Shown in pieces: positions 29,839 to 39,466 of a stretch of DNA of 64,000 bases. The DNA comes from Candidatus Latescibacterota bacterium (GTDB lineage Bacteria; Latescibacterota; UBA2968): positions 3,424,001-3,488,000 of the forward strand of contig OZ220741.1 in the NCBI GenBank assembly GCA_965116885.1, read 5' to 3'. Numbering within the stretch: the first letter of the stretch is position 1; each line of letters begins with the position of its first letter. The notes under the pieces were generated by a model. The model had not been told where the DNA came from, did not search any database, and saw only the letters and a list, made by a program, of their open reading frames with translations. The position numbers and the translations under genes were made by a program.

Positions 29839-32244
29839 TTACTCACGCTTCAACACTTCCACGGGATTTGTCATGGCAGCTTTAAATACCTGATAGCTCG
29901 TAGTACCGAGCGCAACAGCCCATATGAGCACGCCACTTGCGAAAAATGTCCATATATCCATGTCAATACGATAGGCAAATTCTGCTAACCAATAGGATAC
30001 CAATTGATAGGACACGGGATACGCAATCACATTGGCCAGCAATACCCATTTCAGAAAGTTCCAGGATAACAGTTGTACAAGATGGGCAACTGATGCACCC
30101 AAGACCTTGCGAATACCCACTTCTCTTGTGCGCTGTTCGGTGTCAAAAGAGGCCAGCCCAAACAGACCCAAACAGGCCAGGAAAATGGCCAAACCCGCAA
30201 AGACATTGGTCACACGCCACACGCGCCAATCGTGTTGATAATGCCAGTTTAAACGATCATTGAGCATTTCCCAGAAAAAGGGTCGATCTGGAATGAATTG
30301 CTTCCAGGTTTTTTCTAAAAAGGGGAGGGTTTCCGGGATATCTTCTGGTCGAATTCTCAGAGACAATCGGTTCCACTTGTCCTGCCACATGCAAAACATA
30401 ACCGGACCAACTTTGTCGTGTAATGAGCGGTCGTGAAAATCTCTTACGACACCCACGACTTTTCCCTTTCTTTTTCCCCAGCCAAATGTTTTGCCTACTG
30501 GGTCTGACCAGCCCAATTCTTTGACTGCTGATTCATTCAGTACAAAGGCTTCCAATTTGTCACTTTCAATTGCACCAGATAAAAATCGGCCTGTTACAAG
30601 CTCAATACCGTAAGTGTCTGCAAAGTCCTCATCCACGGGCAGGACGTGGATGCGCCAGTCTTCATTTTTCCACCCCTCTGGATAGACCCGCTCAGGTGAC
30701 CAACCGTCGCCTGGCATTGAATTTGCCGCTGAGGCTTTTAATACGTTGGGATGTGCCAGGAAGGCCTGTTTCACTACGTTATAGCGCTGAGTCAGAGGGT
30801 TATCGAGATTGGTTCGAGAGCCCCGGTCAACGCCAAATATTGGCAGCACAACGATATGATCGCGCTCAAAACCCAGGTCTTTCTGATTTATAAATTGCAA
30901 CTGGCGAGAGATAAAGAGCGTGCATACAATTAAAATCGTACAGATTGAAAACTGTATCACCACCAACCCTTTGCGCAGTGTGGTCTTGCTGGTCGCGCGT
31001 TGACCTTTTAAAACATCAATGGGATGGAAGGCAGATAAAAATAGGGCGGGATAAGCACCTGCCAATAGACCAATGACGCTGGTAAAAACAATGAGCACCA
31101 GGCCCGTTTTGAGATCCCAGAAAACGGAGAGGGAACGCGACATAAAGTTGCCAAATGTGGGCAGCACCAATGCGACACATCCGATTGCAATGGCAAGGGA
31201 CAAAAATGATAGGAGGGTAGATTCGGACAAAAATTGGTGCATCAGTTGCCAGCGTTGTGCCCCTACAACTTTTCGCAATCCCACTTCTTTGACGCGGCCT
31301 GTATAGCGTGCGGTGCTCAAGTTCATAAAATTGAAGCACGCAATAAGCACAACAAAACCGCCCACAGATAGGAGCAAATAGAGCTGTGAAATGTCACCGC
31401 GCCATAAAAATCCGAAATCTCGTTTGGAATAGAGATGGATACGTTTTAAGGGTTGTAGATGATAGTCGTTGGTTGCACGGATTTCTTTCCCCATATATCG
31501 CGCCAGCAAATCTGGAAACTTTTGAGATAGTTGTTCTGGTTCGGTGCCTTCTTTTAACAACACGAAATTTTGAACTGTTCGCCACTCGCCTGTTCTCCAT
31601 TCTTCCCAGGGTATCAAAGTCCATCGTTTTGGCGTTGGGGTGGTGGTCAAAAAATCCATCTGCAAAGTACCATAAGGTGGCAAATCAGCCATAATTCCAG
31701 TGACCGTATATGTGCCACCCAGGAACGCATGTTCTGCAATCACGGTTTGGCCTATGGGATCTGTGCGGCCAAAAAATTTACGGGCAGCAGATTCGGAAAT
31801 GATGAGTGAAGATGGGTTTTGAAATACGGTTTTTGGATCCCCTTTCACCATTGGCAAATCAAATACCGTGAGAATTTCTGGGTCGGCCAGGGAAAATTTT
31901 TCGCTGAATACCCGATTGCCCACTTTGACCCATACACCGTCTCCCTGCCAGACGCGAACGGCTTGTTCAACTTCGGGAAAGTCATTCTTGAGCGCACTTG
32001 CCAGACCACCTGATGTTCTGTTCGAGTAATAGGGTTTGTTCCCTTCACTGCGTGTTTCTCGAATGACGCGATAAATTCGCTCTGCTTTTGGATAATGGCG
32101 ATCAACAAGCCATTCTGCCCGCACAAAACACAGCACCAATAGGCAACAGGCTATACCTACAGCCAATCCCAAAAGATTAATCGCCGAATAGAGTTTGTGT
32201 CGCAAAAGGTTGCGCGTTGCAACCATAAGATAATTTTTCAGCAT
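29839..32244 (-). CDS. ABC transporter permease, MacB/FtsX family
   Basis: MLKNYLMVATRNL, KEVGLRKV, REVGIRKV, NPVEVLKRE. Confidence 0.92.
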   Translation of the reverse strand: MLKNYLMVATRNLLRHKLYSAINLLGLAVGIACCLLVLCFVRAEWLVDRHYPKAERIYRVIRETRSEGNKPYYSNRTSGGLASALKNDFPEVEQAVRVWQGDGVWVKVGNRVFSEKFSLADPEILTVFDLPMVKGDPKTVFQNPSSLIISESAARKFFGRTDPIGQTVIAEHAFLGGTYTVTGIMADLPPYGTLQMDFLTTTPTPKRWTLIPWEEWRTGEWRTVQNFVLLKEGTEPEQLSQKFPDLLARYMGKEIRATNDYHLQPLKRIHLYSKRDFGFLWRGDISQLYLLLSVGGFVVLIACFNFMNLSTARYTGRVKEVGLRKVVGAQRWQLMHQFLSESTLLSFLSLAIAIGCVALVLPTFGNFMSRSLSVFWDLKTGLVLIVFTSVIGLLAGAYPALFLSAFHPIDVLKGQRATSKTTLRKGLVVIQFSICTILIVCTLFISRQLQFINQKDLGFERDHIVVLPIFGVDRGSRTNLDNPLTQRYNVVKQAFLAHPNVLKASAANSMPGDGWSPERVYPEGWKNEDWRIHVLPVDEDFADTYGIELVTGRFLSGAIESDKLEAFVLNESAVKELGWSDPVGKTFGWGKRKGKVVGVVRDFHDRSLHDKVGPVMFCMWQDKWNRLSLRIRPEDIPETLPFLEKTWKQFIPDRPFFWEMLNDRLNWHYQHDWRVWRVTNVFAGLAIFLACLGLFGLASFDTEQRTREVGIRKVLGASVAHLVQLLSWNFLKWVLLANVIAYPVSYQLVSYWLAEFAYRIDMDIWTFFASGVLIWAVALGTTSYQVFKAAMTNPVEVLKRE

Positions 32245-32298
32245 GGCGATCCCGTTTTAATTGAGGGGTGTGTATAACATCCCAAAAAGAATGAGATC

Positions 32299-33336
32299 CT
32301 AAAGGCTATCTTCGGCACTAGCACTTGCCAGAGCGCGATCTTCTGCGTCATAGTCGAAGATGGACTGGTCGTATTCCTCCGGTGGGTTCTCGCGTTCCCA
32401 GTCAACCGTACGCTTCATGCCCACGTTCAAATCCGTTCTGTGTTCCCAGCGCAGTTCGTCGCGAATCCTGCTGACGTCGTAGATCAGGTCTTGCGCGGGG
32501 TTCGCCAGTTGTCCGAGATGGTCGGGCAGCTTGTCCTCGGGAAGCGTTCTGATTTCACCCTTCCAGCCCGCAGCTTTTGCAATTGATTCAACCCATTCTC
32601 GCTCCGTGCAGTAATTTCCGTCTCCCACGTTGTAGATGCGTCCGGTAGCTGAGGCGTTTACTGTTGCGGCGACAATGGCCTCGGCGACATCGTCGATATA
32701 TCCGCGGATGAAGCGCCAGTGGGTGCTCTCTTCACCCAGCAAAATCACTGGCCGCCCGTCGAGCATCTTTTTGAGGTATCCCCAGGGACGGTGATCGCCG
32801 GGACCATAAACGGCTGGCAATCTGAGAATCGTCGTGTCGAACGCCTGTGAAAGTATTCGCTCCACGGGGATCTTATCGTAGAAATCCATGTGCTTGTGCG
32901 GGTCGTCGTCAGACCGAAGCGACTCGCCGCGGTAGGGATACAGTCTCGGTCGGAGGTCTCCGTCTTCTCGGATGGGGACTTCCTGAAGCGGACCTGTTCC
33001 GTATCCTCTCATGATGTCATAGGCGCGATAGACGTCACCGCTTGAGAGGACGACAACTCTGGGCGCGACATCCTGCATGGTGTCGGTGAATGTCTGCGCG
33101 AATTGTTCGTTCATGGCAATCGTGTCAAGGAGGACATCCACCTTCAGCGACAGGAACTGTTCACGGAAGTCGCCCAGATCCAGTCGATTGCCGTGAATAT
33201 GTTCGACGCTGTCCGGAACGAGATCGGCGTTGTGCTTCCCCCGGTGGAAGACGGTGACAGTATGACCGGCTTCAGCCAGCCTGGCGACAACATGGGCACC
33301 GATAAAGCGCGTGCCACCGATGACGAGTATGTTCAT
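32299..33336 (-). CDS. NAD-dependent epimerase/dehydratase
   Basis: GGTRFIG, SSGDVY, LRLPAVYGPGD. Confidence 0.9.
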   Translation of the reverse strand: MNILVIGGTRFIGAHVVARLAEAGHTVTVFHRGKHNADLVPDSVEHIHGNRLDLGDFREQFLSLKVDVLLDTIAMNEQFAQTFTDTMQDVAPRVVVLSSGDVYRAYDIMRGYGTGPLQEVPIREDGDLRPRLYPYRGESLRSDDDPHKHMDFYDKIPVERILSQAFDTTILRLPAVYGPGDHRPWGYLKKMLDGRPVILLGEESTHWRFIRGYIDDVAEAIVAATVNASATGRIYNVGDGNYCTEREWVESIAKAAGWKGEIRTLPEDKLPDHLGQLANPAQDLIYDVSRIRDELRWEHRTDLNVGMKRTVDWERENPPEEYDQSIFDYDAEDRALASASAEDSL

Positions 33337-33370
33337 GATATCATTGCCTTATCTAATAGACCTGTTTTTT

Positions 33371-33490
33371 TTATATTTTGCTGTTTAAATGGATTTCGAA
33401 TCCCCACCAATGTTCCGTCTGCTTGTAGTGCGCTCTCTCGAAGGCATTGACCATCGGGAAATTAGTCGCCGCCGTCGTTTGTGGGCAATT
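33371..33490 (-). pseudogene. Probable C-terminal remnant of a GNAT
   Basis: ...TTAATNFPMVNAFERAHYKQTEHWWGFEIHLNSKI* resembles the GNAT N-x-PM...F-x-R-x-G-Y end. Confidence 0.5.
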
Positions 33491-33589
33491 GCCTCTAAAC
33501 GTTCTCGTTACTTGCGAACTTGCCGAAGGCTAAGCAACGGCTTCACAGCGCACCACCGTGTTGTCAGCCGAAGATGAGGGCTGACTTGC

Positions 33590-34864
33590 CTATTGTGTCA
33601 CAACCGCTTCAGGTGAGACGCGAACTGATGAAAATATCAAATAGGTAAAAGCCACCATCATTACAGCAGCTGAAATCAATAGTGTTGCCTCCCAGCCAAA
33701 AGTTTCACCAAGGTAGCCACCTGACAATGCCGCAATCGGAATTATTCCGAATACAACGAGACGCCTGGTGGCATTGATTCTACCTAACAGTCTATCTGGA
33801 GTCACTGCTTGCCTCAGACTAATCTGGCTTATGCTAAAGAGGGTCAAGGCCAGGCTAAAGACTGCCTGGATAGCAATGACGACTGGGAGCTTCATCCAAC
33901 CGAAGTGGCCTGCGAAAGGAAGCACACCCATCGCAATGCCCTCAAGTAGCAACGCAATAATCATCAACCAGCCTGTACCCATCCGCTTTGCAAGTGGAAC
34001 AGCGGATAGGGCCCCGATAATCGAGGCACCTCCTGCAACAGATCCGATGATTCCCAGCCAGATCGGCGTAATGCCCAGGGTGCGAACAAGAAAAAGTGTC
34101 CAAACTGTATGTTGTACAGCACCTGCTGCACTTGCAAGAGCGGTCCCGACAGTCATGGCTCTCAGAATAGGGTGACTAAATAGAGTCGATATTCCCTCCT
34201 TGATGGCAGCTATCACCCCTTGGTCCATCCTGGTCTTGATAGCATCAGATTCATCAAATCGGATCCTCAATAGGAATAGACCAGATAAAAAGTATGAAAT
34301 TGAGTCCACAAGTATTGCCAACGGCGCACCGAGAATATCGACAAGGTATCCAGCTGCTCCGGGCCCTGCTACATTCGTTGTTGAAGTGCTTAGCTGAAGT
34401 CGGGCATTCCCCTCGACCAGATCTTCCCGTTTCACGATAGAAGGCAAAAACGATGTTGAGGCAAGGACGTAAATCATCGCGAGTGTACCACTTATAAAAG
34501 CCACAATATATAGCAACTCTATGGATAGCCAGCTAACCAAAGCTGCTATGGGGACCAGACCTATGATCAATCCCTGTCCGAACGCACTCGCGACCAGTAT
34601 GGGCTTTCGTTTGGCCCGATCAATCCAGACGCCAGTCAGGAGAGCGAAGAGCAGTACTGGAAGATGCGTTGCCGCGTTGAGGAATCCCATTTCCTTCGCG
34701 CCAACCTGAAGCGTTATCACCGCAACAAGGGGAAGCGCAAGGTTGGTGACAGATGAGCCGAGATCCGAAATAGTGACGCCGCCCCAGAGCTTGGCAAAGT
34801 CAGAATTGGAACGCGCCAGCCGGAAGAGGCCGCCCTCAGGTGCTATACTCATTTGCTTACTCAT
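33590..34864 (-). CDS. MFS transporter
   Basis: About 12 TM helices, GVWIDRAKRK, LRQAVTPDRLLGR. Confidence 0.9.
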   Translation of the reverse strand: MSKQMSIAPEGGLFRLARSNSDFAKLWGGVTISDLGSSVTNLALPLVAVITLQVGAKEMGFLNAATHLPVLLFALLTGVWIDRAKRKPILVASAFGQGLIIGLVPIAALVSWLSIELLYIVAFISGTLAMIYVLASTSFLPSIVKREDLVEGNARLQLSTSTTNVAGPGAAGYLVDILGAPLAILVDSISYFLSGLFLLRIRFDESDAIKTRMDQGVIAAIKEGISTLFSHPILRAMTVGTALASAAGAVQHTVWTLFLVRTLGITPIWLGIIGSVAGGASIIGALSAVPLAKRMGTGWLMIIALLLEGIAMGVLPFAGHFGWMKLPVVIAIQAVFSLALTLFSISQISLRQAVTPDRLLGRINATRRLVVFGIIPIAALSGGYLGETFGWEATLLISAAVMMVAFTYLIFSSVRVSPEAVVTQ

Positions 34865-34878
34865 TTCGTATGGTCGTG

Positions 34879-35771
34879 TTATGTGTCGTGCGATCCTCTA
34901 TCCGTCGCCGAATGTGCCAATTGCGGGTTCTAATCAGCCGGTTTCGTGGCTATGAAAACCATGTCCGTATGCTCAGCGTTCAGAGGCGCGTCCGAGAAGT
35001 TCCCCTTCACCTCCACGTCGGCGAATCCTGCCAGCCGTAGCATCCAAAGCACCTCATTGCGGTGATACCAACGCGTCTGCCCCACATGCACCTCTTCCTT
35101 GATAATCTGATTACCGTCATGAATCTCGTATCGGCGTTCCTGCATCTGGATCTGTTCAACTGCATCCTCTCCCGTGTCTCGTATATATACCAACAATCGT
35201 CGGCCGTCTGGGAGTTCTTTGTTTGATCGCAATGTCCATTCTCCTGGGTAGGTCTTCGCTTCTTCGCTGCCGTAGTAGTTCCGGTTTCCCGGAGAACAGG
35301 CGAATACGAGTTGTCCTTTCGGTTTCAGGTGGGTGAAACAACGTCGCAATGTCTCCAATGCCTCGGCGCGATCCATGACACACTCGAAGCTCCCACAGGG
35401 GATGTAAATGGTACTGTAGCTATGCGGCACATCGAATGTCTGCATAGATTGCTCATAGAGGACCGGTTTGACTCCGACACGCTCTGCATCCCGGCGGCAC
35501 ACTGTTAGTTGATCTGCTGATATATCTACGCCCTCAACATCAAGTCCATCCTGCAGATAGGCGATCAACAAGCGACCTGCGCCACACCCTAATTCGAGTG
35601 CTTTTCCTGAGTTCTTCACGATTATGGAACGATAGAATTCCTGGTCTCTACGGGGGTCGGTGACCGATATTGTGGCCCAATGGACAGACGCCAGGCCAGT
35701 GTACAGATCGCGTTCGTCGTATCGCTGTTGCATTGCGTTGTCCTTGAAAAAGTGGTCGGTCTGGTCCTTAT
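34879..35771. repeat. Second copy of block 23314-25034 with the GNAT deleted
   Basis: 34879-34925 matches 23314-23360 (46/47) and joins via TGCG to the match of 24182-25034. Confidence 0.9.
34930..35733 (-). CDS. Class I SAM-dependent methyltransferase (intact copy)
   Basis: ALELGCGAGR, GVDIS, PCGSF. Confidence 0.9.
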   Translation of the reverse strand: MQQRYDERDLYTGLASVHWATISVTDPRRDQEFYRSIIVKNSGKALELGCGAGRLLIAYLQDGLDVEGVDISADQLTVCRRDAERVGVKPVLYEQSMQTFDVPHSYSTIYIPCGSFECVMDRAEALETLRRCFTHLKPKGQLVFACSPGNRNYYGSEEAKTYPGEWTLRSNKELPDGRRLLVYIRDTGEDAVEQIQMQERRYEIHDGNQIIKEEVHVGQTRWYHRNEVLWMLRLAGFADVEVKGNFSDAPLNAEHTDMVFIATKPAD

Positions 35772-35814
35772 GACGTGATTGCTTTCAGAGAACCGAATGT
35801 TGAATGCTCTTTAA

Positions 35815-36717
35815 TTACAGCCTCTTTACGTACGCCGAAGAGACATCACCGATGCGGAATCCAACTTCGGTATAGAGCGAGACTGCAGCTATGTTGTTTT
35901 CGCGGCAGTTCAGAATCACGCGCTCATATCCTTCCTCATGTGCCTCAGACAGTGCGCGATTGAGCAGATGGTGCCCTATGCCTTGCCGTCGGTGCTCCTG
36001 ATCTACCCCAAGCCATCGCAAGTAACAGCAAGAGGCGAGTTCGTCAAGGTGGGCGTAAGCTTGACAACTGAACATGCGGCATATTCCGATTCTGGAATCA
36101 CCAGAGAACGCCCTCACAAATATGTTGGGTCGTTCTGCATGTGTCGGGACTTTCTCGACATTCACCTGCGCTGCAATTGGAGTTGGGGTCACTCCTCCTA
36201 TTCGTCGCTCCAAGGTCAGATGGGCATCGTGGGGCGTGTATCCATTCTCACTGAAAAGTTGGCGGACGTGGGCGAGCCGATTAGAAAGGACACCAACCTT
36301 ATAGTTGTGAAACGAGTATCCGTGATAGAGCGGAAACGCATCAATGTACCCATAGTCCGATAGCAAGTCTTCTGCGCTCTCCAGCAACAACTGCCCGACT
36401 GCTGGGAAATCTGGCACAAACGCCAGGCAACGGATGATTCCGCATTCGATGTCTTCGCCACGTACTTCGGCCGGGCCAGCACAAATGTGCGCGAACCCAA
36501 CTGGCTCGGTATCTATAGACGCAACAAGCAACTTCTGCTCCCTATCTGTTGCCAGTGACTCGCTGTCTTCCAGATTTGGTACAAGACCACTTGCGAAGTC
36601 TTCGGGAACAACCGAATAGCTGAAAGGAACCTTTGCCGCTGATTCTGACCAGACTTCGAAGAGGCTACCCGCACGATACAGGGGCCACTCCCCAATCGTA
36701 GGTGAGCGCTTGTTCAT
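35815..36717 (-). CDS. Tandem GNAT acetyltransferase
   Basis: HRRQGIG, NIAAVSLYTEVGF. Confidence 0.85.
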   Translation of the reverse strand: MNKRSPTIGEWPLYRAGSLFEVWSESAAKVPFSYSVVPEDFASGLVPNLEDSESLATDREQKLLVASIDTEPVGFAHICAGPAEVRGEDIECGIIRCLAFVPDFPAVGQLLLESAEDLLSDYGYIDAFPLYHGYSFHNYKVGVLSNRLAHVRQLFSENGYTPHDAHLTLERRIGGVTPTPIAAQVNVEKVPTHAERPNIFVRAFSGDSRIGICRMFSCQAYAHLDELASCCYLRWLGVDQEHRRQGIGHHLLNRALSEAHEEGYERVILNCRENNIAAVSLYTEVGFRIGDVSSAYVKRL

Positions 36718-36822
36718 TCACTGCCCTCTTTGCTGTCGATAGGAACACGTTCGGCTAACATTTGGCATCTGCGACGGCGAAAGTAGTTACGTACTATTTC
36801 TTTGACATCTTTCAGAGCAATC

Positions 36823-36936
36823 TTAAGCCTGCACATTGGCATAGAAATTGACGATGTTTCCATCCGGGTCACGAAACCAAACGGATCGGCGCCCCCACGA
36901 TTGGGTTGTAGGCGGTTTAACAATCTCAACATTCAT
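36823..36936 (-). pseudogene. C-terminal remnant of a VOC/glyoxalase protein
   Basis: MNVEIVKPPTTQSWGRRSVWFRDPDGNIVNFYANVQA* carries the WG-x-R...F-x-DPDGN signature; N-terminal part absent. Confidence 0.8.
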
Positions 36937-36937
36937 G

Positions 36938-37753
36938 TCATAGGTCAGATTCGAGATTCGGCGCTGCATCGCTCTGGCTGATTCCCTTCGCTGTCATGAA
37001 CCGCGGTCGATCCAGGACGTTAAAGCTCCTTGAGTGCAGAGCCGACATGTTCGTGACATACGCCTCACCCGGGTCTCCTGTCAGTTCCACCACACGCAGA
37101 GGATGACCCCAAACGTCGGTGAATTTCTCCATGAATCGTTGCCTGCGATCCTCGGAGTCCCTTTTATGAATTAGATTTCGCAACCAGGTGTGAGAGGCAA
37201 AGAACCTTTGCTTTATGTGCCTGACCTTCAGGTCAAGCTGCTGCGGGGAGAGCTCGCTGTAGAACTTGCACACAACATGGTGTGAACCCTCAACCAGAAC
37301 CGTGCCTCCGCCTTCCGGATCGACCTTACTCAGAAAGCAGAAAATGAAGATGTCGCGGAGCTGGTCAACATTGCGAAGCGGGTTTCCGTGCCAGTGCCAG
37401 TCGGTTGCGATGTCCCAACTTTCTCGCTGCTGGGGGAAGGTGTACAGCACAATGCCGCGATCTTTCGGGGGACGCCACTGTCCCTGACCGAGCAACTGAT
37501 CTACCACTGCTGCAAATTCTGCCGTCATGGCTTCTCGAAAGATGCGAGATTTTCTCACGGATCGGCTGACTCCACCCGGATATTTTCGCCAGGTCGCAGG
37601 ATCATCCCGCAATACGTCCTCTCTCTCCAGCCGACGCCAGATCGTTGATTCCATCTCAGCGGCGTCTTCGGCCGTAAAGGCGCGCACCTTGACGTAGCCA
37701 CGGGTGCAGAGCTGCTCAAGGTCTTGTTCGTTCAGTGGTCCATCAGTCGTCAT
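36938..37753 (-). CDS. Phytanoyl-CoA dioxygenase (PhyH)-like protein
   Basis: GGTVLVEGSH, GDPGEAY, ALHSRSFN, PRFM; HxD appears as HWH. Confidence 0.75.
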   Translation of the reverse strand: MTTDGPLNEQDLEQLCTRGYVKVRAFTAEDAAEMESTIWRRLEREDVLRDDPATWRKYPGGVSRSVRKSRIFREAMTAEFAAVVDQLLGQGQWRPPKDRGIVLYTFPQQRESWDIATDWHWHGNPLRNVDQLRDIFIFCFLSKVDPEGGGTVLVEGSHHVVCKFYSELSPQQLDLKVRHIKQRFFASHTWLRNLIHKRDSEDRRQRFMEKFTDVWGHPLRVVELTGDPGEAYVTNMSALHSRSFNVLDRPRFMTAKGISQSDAAPNLESDL

Positions 37754-37792
37754 GGAATTGCCTTTCTATATCGGTGAATAAAATGAAGAAGT

Positions 37793-37897
37793 TGGCAGAG
37801 GGTGTGGGGATCGAACCCATATACGGGATATCCCACAGGATACCCGTAGCCCTCGGTTTGGAAGCCTCGGGGCCAGCACCACTGGCTCTCACCCCCT
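37793..37897 (-). tRNA. Non-canonical tRNA-like RNA (8/4 allo-tRNA/tRNA-Sec-like), 8-nt anticodon loop CUUCCAAA
   Basis: Acceptor AGGGGGTG/CACCCTCT + G + CCA; D arm GCCAG-TGGTG-CTGGC; long V arm TACGGGTATCC-TGTG-GGATATCCCGTA; T arm TGGG-TTCGATC-CCCA; TATTAT 5 nt upstream. Confidence 0.8.
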
Positions 37898-38016
37898 GCT
37901 CAATAATACGACGATGTCACAAAATGGAATGTTTCGGGTGGGATAGGGGAGACTACATCTTATTCGTCTCGAAGCGCTTGCGTCTAACGATGGGTGTGGT
38001 TGATGTGGCAGGGCTT

Positions 38017-38778
38017 TTATTCAGGCTTACGACAGGAAAAAACGACGATATCATGCTCCGATGGTTCGGTGTCCCCGTAAGCTTTCGTCATTTGTATATC
38101 CATAAAGCCTGCGGTAAGCAGCATTTCTTCAAATTCAACTATGTCATAAAACCGTTCATTATAGTCGAACAGTTCAGTCGTAGTGAGCTCTCCATTTATA
38201 TACACTTCATATTTGGTCAGGTTGCGAATGACTCGTCCACCGTCTCTTTCAGACCATAATGAAGTAATCCAAACAGTCGAACCATCAGGCCGGTCTTCGA
38301 TTTCAATTTCCGTTTCACCTGATTTTCCAAACTCATCTTCTTCGGGTGGTGTCTTGACGTCCAGAACAAACCATCCACCGGGCAAGAGATAGTCCCAGAG
38401 TTTCTGGAGAGATTTCTGAGCAGCTTCCCGTTCATAGAGATGACCAAAAGAACGGTCCGGGATGAAAATGAATCCATATTGTCGCGACAGGTTGATTTCT
38501 TCAATCAATTGTTGATACAGCGAGGGCTCTAAGCCCTTTTCTGTGCATTTCTTACGACATTCAGCCAGCATATATGGTGAAGCATCTACCCCCTCAATAT
38601 CCGCTCCTGCTTCCAGAAAAGGGATTAGAAAATATCCTGTTCCACACATCGGTTCAAGGACCGGGCCTGGTCTTCCAGCTTTCTTCCACTTATCCAGGTA
38701 GAACGGAAGCATATCGCCGCGTCTTCCTTCCAGGTCGTAGCCTTGAGAGTAGATTCTTCCGTAAAAGGACTGCTTCAA
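38017..38778 (-). CDS. Class I SAM-dependent methyltransferase
   Basis: VLEPMCGTG, GVDAS, LLPGG; TTG start with RBS GAGGAG. Confidence 0.9.
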   Translation of the reverse strand: MKQSFYGRIYSQGYDLEGRRGDMLPFYLDKWKKAGRPGPVLEPMCGTGYFLIPFLEAGADIEGVDASPYMLAECRKKCTEKGLEPSLYQQLIEEINLSRQYGFIFIPDRSFGHLYEREAAQKSLQKLWDYLLPGGWFVLDVKTPPEEDEFGKSGETEIEIEDRPDGSTVWITSLWSERDGGRVIRNLTKYEVYINGELTTTELFDYNERFYDIVEFEEMLLTAGFMDIQMTKAYGDTEPSEHDIVVFSCRKPE

Positions 38779-38802
38779 GTTTGGGTCTCCTCAACAAAGC
38801 TG

Positions 38803-38892
38803 TTATTTCATATTTCGCCTGAGGTTTATGCAAGTGTACTCTTTTTCCATGAGGAGAGTTCGAGTGGTAATCAGTACATAGTTTCTCAACAT
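38803..38892 (-). pseudogene. N-terminal stump of a MacB/FtsX permease
   Basis: RBS GGGAG + MLRNYVLITTRTLLMEKEYTCINL, compare MLRNYLVVAVRNLLKNKILSMINV of 52438-54846; stops after 29 aa. Confidence 0.7.
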
Positions 38893-38913
38893 GGTAGTGC
38901 TCCCGAGAGATAC

Positions 38914-39330
38914 CTATATGATCGTCGGATCAACGCCTGGGGGATACGCTTCGTGTTGAGGTTTGTCATCCGTGATTTCCCACCAGGGTGCTTTGTCCCC
39001 AACGAATATGTGCTGCGAAGGTATAACCTGGGGATCATCATCGAGAAGCCCGCCAGGTATCCCGATCTGAGGGTACCAATCTTGTCTCAGTGGCAGCGGC
39101 GATCCGCACACCCCACAAAATTCGCGCGTGATCCGTTCCGATTGTTTGTATGACGAAATCAACTCTTCTCCTTTGACATACCTGAAGTCCTCCTTCTCGC
39201 ACAGAGCTTCTGTCCCGAATGCGGAACCATAAGCTTTTCTGCAATCCGAACAGTGGCAGTTCACCATGCCCAGGATCGGGCCATCCACCACGAACTGGAT
39301 CTTACCACACAGACAACCTCCTTTGATCAT
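38914..39330 (-). CDS. GFA/CENP-V family protein
   Basis: GGCLCG, CHCSDCRK, FCGVCGSPL. Confidence 0.92.
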   Translation of the reverse strand: MIKGGCLCGKIQFVVDGPILGMVNCHCSDCRKAYGSAFGTEALCEKEDFRYVKGEELISSYKQSERITREFCGVCGSPLPLRQDWYPQIGIPGGLLDDDPQVIPSQHIFVGDKAPWWEITDDKPQHEAYPPGVDPTII

Positions 39331-39466
39331 GTCTGACTCCTATCACATTGTCGGTTAGATGCGTGTTGCGTTGTCCGCGATATGCTATTGGGATGGGGTT
39401 CAGGGGATATGCCAATGCCTTACCGTGCTGTCAGCCGCTGGTACCTGTCGATCTCCCCAATCATTT

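Noticed and set aside
37793..37897. Ordinary tRNA-Gly(UCC), tRNA-Trp(CCA) or canonical selC
   Set aside because: A 7-nt loop centred on UCC or CCA breaks the stem pairing; the fold is 8/4 rather than 7/5 or 8/5; the loop has UCCA, not UCA; no selA/selB/selD in the window.
37735..38259. 174-aa plus-strand ORF across the tRNA-like gene
   Set aside because: Antisense to the RNA gene and an MTase, with no recognisable motif.
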